Origin: Octopus sinensis
Lineage: Eukaryota
Length of the DNA stretch: 64,000 nucleotides
Reading direction: 5' to 3'
Assembly (NCBI RefSeq): GCF_006345805.1
Contig: NC_042997.1
Location: 7,130,001-7,194,000, forward strand
Below are positions 14,491 to 25,330 of this stretch, piece by piece (the stretch's first letter is position 1; each line of letters starts with the position of its first letter). The position numbers and the translations under genes were made by a program. Under the pieces are notes generated by a model. The model was not told the DNA's origin. It worked only from the letters and a program-made list of their open reading frames with translations, and ran no database searches.

Positions 14491-14502
14491 CATATATATA
14501 TA

Positions 14503-14982
14503 GTGCGTAAAAGATCTTGGGTAAAGCCAATAGAATTCGAAGTAAATGCAAGGTAAATCGCAAGAAAACAAATATGTGAATTAAAGGAGATTGACATTGT
14601 ATTCAATACTTCGTGGTTATGACATGATTTTCTCGAAATTGACGAATATTGCCGATGTGAGCGTGTGTGGAGAGGAACAGAGGAAACCTTAGTATCTCTG
14701 ACGCTATCCTCAAATACCAAAAGAAACCTAAGGTCAATAATAGAAGGGAGTTGCTTGAAGCTAAGTGGTTGCTATAGCAACACCCTTCTGCGCATGTCCA
14801 CTCCATACACGTTCACAAACTCGTAAATCGGCAACATTCATCAATTTCTTGAAAATATGGTCATAACCACGAAACATTGAATACCAGGTAATACATTAAT
14901 TTAATTCCCATATTTGTTTTCTTGTGAATTACCTTACATTTACTTCGAATACTTTTGGCTGTACCCAGGACCTTTTATACAA
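14503..14982. repeat. Foldback element with ~180-bp imperfect inverted arms between (TA)n tracts
   Basis: 14503-14678 is the reverse complement of ~14795-14982; inner hairpin agaagggagttgct/agcaacacccttct. Confidence 0.85.
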
Positions 14983-15005
14983 TATATGTTACGCAATGCT
15001 TCACA

Positions 15006-15142
<137 letters not shown>

Positions 15143-15147
15143 TATAT

Positions 15148-15337
15148 AGGGAGAATTCACGAAAAAATCCCAAAACGAAGACATATGGTGTAGAAACAAA
15201 CAGGTGTATTTGTATAAGGCTCGGGAATTGAAAAATTATTTTACGTTTCGACCCTACGCTCTTACAGAGAAAGGAACGCAGAAAGAAACAACGAGAGAAA
15301 AATGTGTGTAGTAGTTTATATCGATCTATCATGGTGA
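15148..15337 (-). mobile_element. Short repeat (related copy at 45265-45425) with decayed hammerhead-like GAAACGT motif
   Basis: Minus strand ctgtaagagcgtagggtcgaaacgtaaaa; similar to 45305-45340. Confidence 0.5.
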
Positions 15338-15351
15338 CTATATATAATATA

Positions 15352-15408
<57 letters not shown>

Positions 15409-15517
15409 TGGTTGGCATCCTTTTTGTCACGGGAGACAATGGAGTTGCGCATAAAGTAGTCTAGTCTGGCTTTTACATTTCATGACCTGATACAGTTCCT
15501 GCTGTGGCTGTGTAGTC

Positions 15518-16576
15518 CTATCCTGGACAAACACTCCCTCTGGCAGGTGCCGCAAATGTAGCGAAGACTATTCCTGGCTGGTTGTAATGCCATAGTTTCT
15601 TGTTGATGTATTTTCTTGTCTTTCCATTTCTCCTCTCTCTCTCTCTGTCACTCCTTTGAATTCCCTCTTTTACGGTACGTCGCCAGTCTCCACGGTTGCC
15701 GGCAATTGCATCACAACCACTAATAATGATGATGAAGGCCTTCATGTCCCATTTACAAACATCTTTGTAACGTAAGAACGGTCTACCCACAGACCTAGTA
15801 CCCCTAGCAAGCTCTCCGTATAGTACGTCCTTGGGGATTCTGCCATCTTTCATACGGCTAACATGCCCAAGCCATCTTATACGTCTTTGTGTGAGGAGTG
15901 CAAACATGTTTGGTATTCCTGCTTGCTTGAGGACATCTTTGTTAGGGATATGGTTCTGCCATTTGATGCGGAGGATTTTCCTGAGGCAGCGCAGATGAAA
16001 GATGTTTAGGCGACGATCTTGGTGTGTGTATAGCGTCCAAGTCTCGCTTCCATACAGTAGAGTGCTAACTACACATGCCTGGTAGATCTTCCTTTTCGTG
16101 GTCTTGGTAAGCTTATTTTTGTCCCAAGCCCGTTTGGTGAGTTGGGCCATCGCAGCAGCTACCTTGACAATGCGTATATTGAGCTCAGCGACAAGGGATA
16201 GGTTGTAGGTGACGGTAGAGGCCAGACAGGTAAACTTCTCCACCTCTTGTAATCTGTGGTCTACAATATGTATGTTTGGGATGTCCGATGTAGCCTGACC
16301 CATGATGTTGGTCTTCTTAAGGCTGATAGCTAAGCCAAAGTTGTTACATGCTTGCTCAAAACAGTTAATGAGCTTTTGGAGGGCTTCTTCTGTGTGTGAT
16401 ACCAGAGCGGCATCATCAGCAAATAGCATCTCCTTGATCAGGACGTTTCTGATTTTGGTCTTGGCACGCAGGCACGAGAGATTGAACAGTTTCCCGTCAC
16501 TTCTACTGTGCAGAAACACTCCATCATCTGATGTCTGAAAGGCATGTGAGAGTAAGAGCAAGAAGATGCCAAACAA
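15518..16576 (-). pseudogene. RTE reverse transcriptase, C-terminal half
   Basis: 352-aa ORF with the FADD catalytic motif and RTE C-terminal region. Confidence 0.9.
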
Positions 16577-17438
16577 TGTAGGAGCGAGGACACAACCTTG
16601 CTTTATCCGGTTTTTTTATTTGGAAGGCGTCTGATGTTGAACCGTTGTGCTGTATGGTGCCTTCTTTGTCTTCATGGAAAGACTTGATGATCCTCAGCTG
16701 CTTTGGTGGACATCCGATTTTTTGGAGCAGATTGAAGAGGCTTGTTCTGCTTACCGAGTCAGAGGCCTTTGTTAGATCAATGAAGGCCATATATAATGGC
16801 ATTCTCTGCTCTCTCGACTTCTCCTGAAGTTGGCGTATGGAGAATATCATATCGATAGTTGATCTGCTTCTTCTAAAGCCACACTGCGATTCGGGATAGA
16901 TTCGAAAAGCAAGTAGTTGTAGCCTGGCCAGGATAACGCGGGCAAAGGTCTTTCCAACAGTGCTTAGAAGAGATATACCACGGTAATTGTTACAATCACC
17001 ACGGTTACCTTTGTTTTTGTAAAGCGTATTTATGTTAGCATCCCGCATATCCTGAGGGACTGTACCCTCTTCCCAGCACTGACACAGAAGCTCATGAAGG
17101 TGCCGAAGCAGGATGGTATTTTTGCCGGCTTTGATGATCTCTGAGTGGATGCCGTCTTTTACCGGAGCCTTGTTTCTAGCTAGGGAGTCAACAGCCTTGG
17201 TGAGCTCTGCTAGAGATGGCGGACTGTCAAGTTCGCACATGACTGGCAAGATCTTGACACTCTCGACTGCAGCCTCAGCCACTGTGGTCTCCCGTGAGTA
17301 GAGATCCTGGTATTGCTCCACCCATCTATACATTTGCTTGCTTTGATCCCTGATGAGATCTCCAGTAGCTGATCTCAGAGGGGCTGACTTGGTTGCGGAT
17401 GGACCTAAGGCCTTTTTCCAAACCGGCATACATCCCAC
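16524..17438 (-). pseudogene. RTE reverse transcriptase, N-terminal half
   Basis: 304-aa ORF with the early RT subdomains. Confidence 0.9.
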
Positions 17439-17848
17439 GGGTGTCGCCCCCGTCAGCAGCTAACTGGATACTCTGACAGATTTCCTGCCAATACCTATTT
17501 GCACAGCGTCTGGCTGTCAGTTGGGCTTTATTTCGTGCCTTTCAGCGTCCTTCTAGTGACTTTGTAGAAGAGTCACTCTTGTATTGCATCAGAGCTGCAC
17601 GCTTTGCTTCGATAACTGGCTCCAGTTCTGAGAGCCCAGTGGAGCACTACCAGGATCTCTACTCACGGGAGACTACAGTGGCTGCAGTCGAGAGCGTCAA
17701 GATATTGCCGGTCATATATATATATATTCAAAAATACAAGGAATGGCCATAATAGGACATTCGACTCACTAGAAAGAGCAGCCAAACTCAAACCGCTAAT
17801 AGTTGTAATTCTGAAATTGAAAGAGAAATAAAAACGTTTACCCTTTCA

Positions 17849-17943
17849 TCTCTGGACTATGCATAGTTTCGGCAAACTTTTTTTAACAAATTAATTAAAT
17901 TAAATTAAATTTATTTACAACTGGCGTGCCTCGTCAGCAGAGA
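17849..17943 (-). ncRNA. Type I hammerhead ribozyme
   Basis: tctctg-CTGACGA-ggca...tgcc-GAAA-ctatgcatag-TC^cagaga: stem I 6 bp, stem II 4 bp, palindromic stem III, GUC cleavage site. Confidence 0.85.
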
Positions 17944-18424
17944 AGCCAAGGATGAACATATATCCACGAAGTGATGGTAAGGAAGCCTCAAGTCTATATG
18001 CTATACATTTTCAAAATCTACCGCAGTCGCGCGGTCTTCTCAGCAGCAAATATAAACTACTGATTTAATTTCAAAATCAGCCAAAAAATCATTAATTAAT
18101 AAAGAGCGGTTTGAGTTTGGCTGCTCTTTCTAGTGAGTCGAATGTCCTATTATGACCATTCCTTATATTTTTGAATGTAAATTATATAGTCTTTGACTAT
18201 TTCTCCTTTCTCACTGGATCAATAGTAGCGGAGAATTTTTTCTAGAATATTTTGCTACCCTATACTTATTAATTAATGATTTTTTGGCTAATTTTGAAAT
18301 TAAATCAGCAGTTTATATTTGCTGCTGAGAAGACCGCGCGATTGCGGTAGGTTTTGAAAATTTATAGCATATAGAATTGAGGCTTCCTTACCATCGCTTC
18401 GTGGATATATGTTCATCCTTGGCT

Positions 18425-18509
18425 TCTCTGCTGACGAGACATGCCAGTTGTAAATAAATTTAATTAATTTGTTTACTAAAGTTTGCCGAAACTAGGCATA
18501 GTCCAGAGA
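18425..18509 (+). ncRNA. Type I hammerhead ribozyme (second copy, stem II mismatch)
   Basis: tctctg-CTGACGA-gaca...tgcc-GAAA-ctaggcatag-TC^cagaga. Confidence 0.75.
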
Positions 18510-18613
18510 TGAAAGGGCAAACGTTTTTATTTCTCTTTCAATTTCAGAATTACAACTATTAGCGGTTTGAGTTTCGCTGCTCTTTCTAGAATTTTTTGCT
18601 ACCCTTATATTTA

Positions 18614-18662
<49 letters not shown>

Positions 18663-19589
18663 TCAATAAAGAGAGAGCTATATATGAATATATGAATACA
18701 TGCACATCCATAAACAGAACACAAACACACGCCCACCCATGTGTGTGTGTGTTGAACTGGATGACGATGATGATGTTGATGCTGCTGCTGATGATGATGA
18801 TGATGAGGAGGAGGAGGACGAGGAGGACGAGGAAGAGGATGATAGCCAGACACTTCAAGAATTGTTTTTATAAACATAAATCATGGATAGTTATGTAAAG
18901 TGCTATCTCTCTATATCAACTTTTGTATGTAGCTTGCATGGTAGATGGTCCTGAAGGAGAACTAACCTTGGATTTATTAAAAGCAATAAACGATTGACAA
19001 TAAAAGAAGGAAAGCACTCAATTTTTTTAACGATTTAATTATAGTTCGCAATATAGTTATTGAATATTTTATTATCATTTAGAGCAGCTGCATCTCATTT
19101 CGTTATTAGGTGTCATACATTCTCATACGAGCATAAATACACATGCAGAAATACTCTTTCCGTCGAGACCAAACATCTTAAGCTACTACTCTTCTCTGTC
19201 CAAATACTACTGATTGCATAAGGCAGGCCTATACATAAATACTGCCATATGTATATGCGTATGTATATATGCATTTATATCCACATAGATATTGGTAGTT
19301 CATCCGAGTGTTTTACATCGGTATATATGTTCCAGTAAAAAAAAATGGATCAAATCGATCTGCGATCGTAGGACTTACGCGCTGCATTATAACTTGAGTA
19401 TTTCATGTTATTGTTCCGATTATTGTATATATTGGATCAATGCTCAGGCCAGCAGGTTCACTAATGTATGCATTGCCATGAGTATCAATGTTTCTGGTGA
19501 TGTTATAATCCGGTTATCCATAAGGATGTTGTCGATTCAATCAAACCGATTAATATGTAATAGTGAACAGAATGAAAAAAGATGTAGGT

Positions 19590-19890
19590 CTAACTTTGGG
19601 ACCAGGTATTACAATGAACTAGGGTTCAAAGGACCATCACTCTGAAAATTTGCATAATGCGGAAGTAGATGACTTCAATAAGACATCCTCCTCTCCACAA
19701 CACCGGATGAACCAACAACCCAACGTGAGATACAGACAAAGGGCAGCGGAATCCTTATACACTAAATGTACCAACAGCTGAGACAAATGCACCTACAGGA
19801 GTGGTGATGTGAAATGCCCAGACTAGGGAAAAATGATCGTGTTGCCCCATTATGACCACAACCGCATGGCCGAAACGAATAAAACGATTA
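19590..19890 (+). mobile_element. 3' end of a CR1/L2-like LINE, degenerate
   Basis: YNELGFKGPSL and PDEP-like remnants resemble the recalled CR1-like C-terminus; tail ccgaaacgaataaaa. Confidence 0.45.
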
Positions 19891-19953
19891 TATACATATA
19901 TCTATATAAGTATATACACAAATTTACTTATATATAGGTATGTGTGTGTCTAC

Positions 19954-20014
<61 letters not shown>

Positions 20015-20057
20015 TATATATATATATAAATGTATATATGTATATATATATATATAT

Positions 20058-20125
<68 letters not shown>

Positions 20126-20176
20126 GTGTAGGAAGAAATGGAGCTGAACGAAGACTTAACAAAATTCCTTTTTATT

Positions 20177-20262
20177 ATTTTCTACATATGTTTCAAAGGC
20201 TGCAAAGTCCCTAATTCGGATTGAATAAGGAGTCCATTCTGCAGCCTTCTCTTCAGGAAAAT
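20177..20262 (-). ncRNA. Type I hammerhead ribozyme (inverted pLTR copy)
   Basis: Reverse complement of 21454-21539. Confidence 0.85.
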
Positions 20263-21453
20263 CCAGGAACTTAATTCTCCAACAAAATGCACAGCAAGCT
20301 TTTCGACAAACGCTCACGAGGAGCCCATGGAATAAATGGCACAAACTGTCTGTCAATATGCGTTGACGCCAGGCTGGGTGAAAGCCGACGAGAAGGTCCT
20401 TTGAGATAATTCAAGGTCAAAATCCGGTTAACAGAAGGGAGTACAGGAAAATCAAAGAGTGTGAATGTATTCTCTTTGACTGGTGTTAATATTTGAATTC
20501 GCGTTCTTCAAACGCCAGACTAATTTACTTAGTCCCATAGCGTGTTGCTTTTCCACATCACGAAACGTGGAAAAATGATTCGATATTCTAACAGCCAATT
20601 TCCACGTTTCGTGATGAGGAAAAGCAAGATGCTACGGGACTAAGTAAATTAGTCTGGCGTTTGAAGAACGCGAATTCAACTTTTAGACTGGAATGGTGAA
20701 TTTTATCGGTGTCTTTACCGTTTGATAAAGGCAAAAAAATCTGTGCTCTTTGCAACTCGGAACTCTTTCATATTCTGTTCGCCCGAGGGCACCTTGTTAA
20801 CTCGATTGTGCAACATACTTTCAGATGCCCACACTGGAAACGGCATACATTTCTTTCATACCAATGAAGTCTAATATAGTTAACCCCTTGATTTCCTAAG
20901 AAAATGAAAAACTTTTGAATTAAATTTCTAAGGGGATATCACTCCCCTGCTAGTGTAAGAACTGCTAGTTATCTAGAACTGCTGTCAGGGATGTCACGGT
21001 ATCCTGCCATGACCATTGTTGACAACCCCTCTCTCTATCAACTGGTTACAGACGAACACACCGACACAGTCTTTTCTGTTGCTTGACCATTAATATCTGC
21101 TGTATCTCTCTCCCTTGCTCCCTTCTAAACACACTGCCACACATACATAAACGCACACACACATACATGAATGCAATTTCTCACACTCAAACACGCTAGC
21201 ACTAATTCTTAAAACAATTTAAATATTAACACCAGTCATACAGAATACATTCATACTCTTTGATTTTCCTGTACTCCCCTTCTGTTAACCGGATTTTGAC
21301 CTTGAATTATCTCAACGGACCTTCTCGTCGGCTTTCACCCAACCTGGCGTCAACGCATATTGACAGACAGTTTGTGCCATTTATTCCATGGGCTCCTCGT
21401 GAGCGTTTGTCGAAAAGCTTGCTGTGCATTTTGTTGGAGAATTAAGTTCCTGG

Positions 21454-21539
21454 ATTTTCCTGAAGAGAAGGCTGCAGAATGGACTCCTTATTCAATCCGA
21501 ATTAGGGACTTTGCAGCCTTTGAAACATATGTAGAAAAT
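21454..21539 (+). ncRNA. Type I hammerhead ribozyme
   Basis: attttc-CTGAAGA-gaaggctgcag...ttgcagccttt-GAAA-catatg-TA^gaaaat: 6-bp stem I, long stem II, palindromic stem III acatatgt, GUA site. Confidence 0.85.
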
Positions 21540-21751
21540 AATAAAAAGGAATTTTGTTAAGTCTTCGTTCAGCTCCATTTCTTCCTACACTAAATAAATA
21601 AATATATAAAACTTCAAATTTCCGCACTAATGCACGGTTTTTAGACCCCATGGTCGTAACCTCAACCGTGCTTTTTCTGTTGTGATTTTTGCTACCCAGG
21701 TATCGGTTATCATTTGAATAATCCTTAATAAGATAATTCATTTATCTACTT

Positions 21752-21800
<49 letters not shown>

Positions 21801-22453
21801 AGTGTGTTCGTAATACAAAGAAATATATACGTGTAATTCAAGTATTGAATTCAACCATAGGGAACGATAAAAATTGTATGAGTCGAAGATCTGCGCCTGA
21901 TTGCAGTTACGTAAAAGTATAAACTTGATCAATGTGGCACAGTGACAATGGCTTAATGATTAAAACTCGTAAAACAATATATAGGATTATCAGTTAGTTG
22001 TTGTGATTGCATGATAACGTATTTTAATTTTAGCTTTTTACATTAGATTATTATTGACAGTAGTAAATAATTTTGGAAACAGAAAGTTAATAAATGAATC
22101 TCATTCGGGAATAGTTTTAATGATACATCAGAAAAAAGTCTATGCAAAAATTTATAGTTATTTCTAATGCTATTATAAACCCCTCGATCAGATAAGGATA
22201 GAGGACAAAAGTCTGTGTAATATGAGATCAACAGAAGTAATATTGATATTTTAACGCGCATATATATGTAATAGCATCGGTCATACAAATTATAATACAT
22301 CATACATGGATACATATATGTTTATAATCATGTTTACAAACGTACATAAACAAGTATGTATATGCACACACGCAAAAATCGCATAATCTCTGCGCTCATA
22401 TATTTCTGTATTTATGTATGTATATATCTATTTCTGTACTTATGTAATTATCT

Positions 22454-23325
22454 GCGAGGAATTACCCAAAACTGACCGTAAATATTCTCTATGGGACAAG
22501 TTAGTTGTAGTTCGAACTGCCGCTGTTGGAAGCCTGTTGATACGATCTCAGGCATCAGTTTCCGACAGGCATTTTCCGATATAGTAGTACTTCCACGTAT
22601 TGCGTCTTTGTTTTGCCGTACCTCTCCCCTGTTCGTAGATATTTAGTTGAAACGAAGGAACAGCGTGCTTCCGAGATATTCTGCTGGGGGAAACGGTGGA
22701 CAAAACAGTTGTCATACTTCAAAAAGCTCACAAGGAAGTTGCGACGAGCAAAACACAAGTTTTCGAGTGATTTACAGGCTTTAGGAAGGGTCACTTTTGG
22801 TTACAAGATCTACATCCTTCACGGCGAACGTCGATCTTCCAAAGGAAAGAAAAATGTTATGAACTGATGTTGGAGTACCATCACCGAAAATTGACGAAAT
22901 TATTGATATGACAAGTGCGTGCTTGAACTCTTGCCAACGAATTTTGAGAGATGAAAAGAGTTGTAGCAAAATTTGTGCCTCACTGTCTCACGGAAGTTCA
23001 AACAACACACGACTGAATGCCTGTCGTGAACTGAAAACCCAGCAGGAATTTTATCCGGGCCTTTTTTATCGAATGTCATAACTGGTGACGAAAGCTAGTG
23101 CTATGGAATTTGTAGATATACAAGAGGTGAAGTAAAAAACGATGGAGGTATTACAAGGAATCACTTTGCAAGAATTCTAGCACCCTTTCGAACAGCGCAA
23201 AAGTGTCTGGACCGATGCTTTGCATCAAATGGAGAATATTTCAAAGCGCTAAAAGTGAAAACATGCACAACTATATGAAAAAAAGTAATATTGCAAAATA
23301 CCAAATCCCTCTTGGTTACTCCTAA
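22454..23325 (+). mobile_element. mariner-family DNA transposon remnant
   Basis: KEQRAS..F..GK, VATSKTQVFE*F (N-terminal HTH), AKFVPHCLT, VITGDES* motifs; degenerate TIRs cgaggaattacccaa / ttggttactcct. Confidence 0.8.
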
Positions 23326-24559
23326 TATATCTTAGCGTATATATATATAACTAATTTAGAGACGAACCATCTTTCCACAACTCAGTCAATGAAGAACCCG
23401 TCCAACCATGCTGTGAGACATATACCATACAAAATACTAATCTAAATTTTAAATAATATATAATATTGGACAGTAAGATTATTACAATCATGTAATATAT
23501 AAGAGCAAATACTTTTAAAATCACAGCGAATAACATTCAAAGAAGCATTCATCATAAAAATATTAATCTACAATCAAATAAAATATAAATTAAAAAATAA
23601 AAATTAATACAATAATATAATGTATAAAAGTAAGTACTTGTACATCGATTACGTGCGTTCAATGACTGGATTAGGACTATATAAAATCATATAAGAAAAC
23701 CATATCCAAGTTCATTAGAACGGGAAAAATGATTTTACTCCCGAAACCTGTCTCTCCTTAGGTCATATTCCTAAAATAAAATAAAAGCTAAAAGTTTAAC
23801 TTAATTCATAGTATGATAAGGAATAATATATATATATATATATAAAGAAAGAAACCTGTAATGTAATCACTAAGTTAAAGACGTCAATATTATTAAAAGT
23901 TACGAACTAAAATATTCAAATAGAGTATTATTGCGAACCTAATTAATTCATTATGGAGAAGGTAAATAGATATAAATACGTGTAAGTGTATAAAGTTAAT
24001 AAAAAACGTATGTCGATATTGTTTAGAATATTTTTTTTAAAAAATGACTTATCTGCCGGCGAACTACTGCAGATGTAACGAAAATAAGTGTACTTTAGCA
24101 TTTATACTGAAAAGTCACGTGATAAATATGGCGTCAATTACCCGGAGATAAATACGTATTATATCTACTAAAAATAATAACGGAATTATCGAAACAGAAG
24201 GTCGAAAGTATATTGTTTATTCAAGATTTAAAATACTTAAAATCTTTAGATCTACGAAAAATAATAACTATAACATGTACGAAATTTATGTATTACGTAA
24301 ATAATGCTATAAAAATTGCAAGAATGTACATATTATCGTTGAATTCTTTATAAGTAAAAAGGTAGCTATTTATTCTAATTATATACAATTAAATAATGTT
24401 TAAAGTGCATTCTAAGCTAATTATATATATTTAATACTACTAATCATAACTATAAATTGGTAACTTTTCAGGTGTTCAGATAGATCAATACATTATCTAA
24501 ATGTATTATGTAAATAAACAGATGTATATTAACTTTATTTATCAAAAGATGCTTTGAGG

Positions 24560-25330
24560 ATAAAAATAAACATTCTTCTCTATAAGGTTATTCAATAAAG
24601 CCACATAATCCTCAGTAACTGCTTCTATATGATACCTAATTCATCTACATGCTCGAAGCAAGTGGTCCTGATTCATTTCGGACATTACACTGACTATGGC
24701 AGATTTCAAAGTATCTTTGGTGTTATTGGCATGTTCATTGATCTCCCTCTCAGCAACGCTCCCCATGAAATTGTCCAATGGATTCAGATCTGGTGAATTA
24801 GGAGCCCATCTGTTATGGGTCATGGGATCATGAAAACTTTAAACCCTCAATTCCTGTGTTATTCGTACAGGCTCACTGAACCACATGTGGCATTCCATTG
24901 CATACACGGTCTATCCAGGGCTTAACAATTATTACCCGAAATTTAATGCAGGCGGGAGAATTAACTATAAGGCCTCGTGGAAAGTAAGGGGGCATCATAT
25001 AGCTTTCATTGCTGACAACCTCTAAATCCGTGACTGTTACAGGAAATGTTCAATGCTTAACACTTGGAAATTTAGAAGGGTCTGCACATAACCATCTGCA
25101 ATTTCTTCTGTTTAAATATTTGATCTTGATCAACGTTTTTCCCGTTCGAGAAACGTCAAATCAAATCTACTGGATTTTTCAGTTTGTTTAAGAACCTTTT
25201 AGATCTGATGTAGTGATTTTCTTTTACTTTTTCTGATAAATTGAATTTTAAGTATTTATAGAATTTTGACTTACTGTCGGGTGACTTTTGGCTAACCATT
25301 TATATTAAATTTTACTGCAATTAAAACCCT
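24560..25330 (-). mobile_element. Tc1/mariner (DD37D-like) transposase remnant
   Basis: WAPNSPDLNPLD..ERE..LKSAI..M...L.RAC; boundaries approximate. Confidence 0.75.

Larger units (their letters stand above)
15408..17636 (-). mobile_element. RTE-clade (BovB-like) LINE, 5'-truncated
   Basis: Two ORFs split by a frameshift near the T-run at ~16610. Motifs NNYRGISLLS, PESQCGFR, FIDLTKA.D, LFADDAAL, LLYGSETW, RWLGHVSRM..RIPK. 3' tail ccattgtctcccgtgacaaaaaggatgccaaccaa. Confidence 0.95.
17727..18616. mobile_element. Non-coding hammerhead-bearing element: inverted copy plus circularly permuted ~456-nt unit (Penelope pLTR / retrozyme-like)
   Basis: 17796-18100 is the reverse complement of 18266-18560; 17727-17795 is the reverse complement of 18106-18176; agcggtttgagttt recurs at 18105 and 18561. 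Confidence 0.85.
20121..21596 (+). mobile_element. 5'-truncated Penelope-like element with inverted pseudo-LTRs
   Basis: 20121-20495 and 21220-21596 are near-identical inverted repeats. 20580-20850 encodes STFRDEEKQDATGLSKLVWRLK..PFDKGKKICALCNSELFHIL..RCPH, a PLE GIY-YIG endonuclease C-terminus. Confidence 0.85.

Noticed and set aside
21360-21560. Duplicated 66-aa ORF (also 20156-20356) as a protein gene
   Set aside because: It results from the inverted pLTR, overlaps the hammerhead, has a non-ATG start and shows no recognisable domain.
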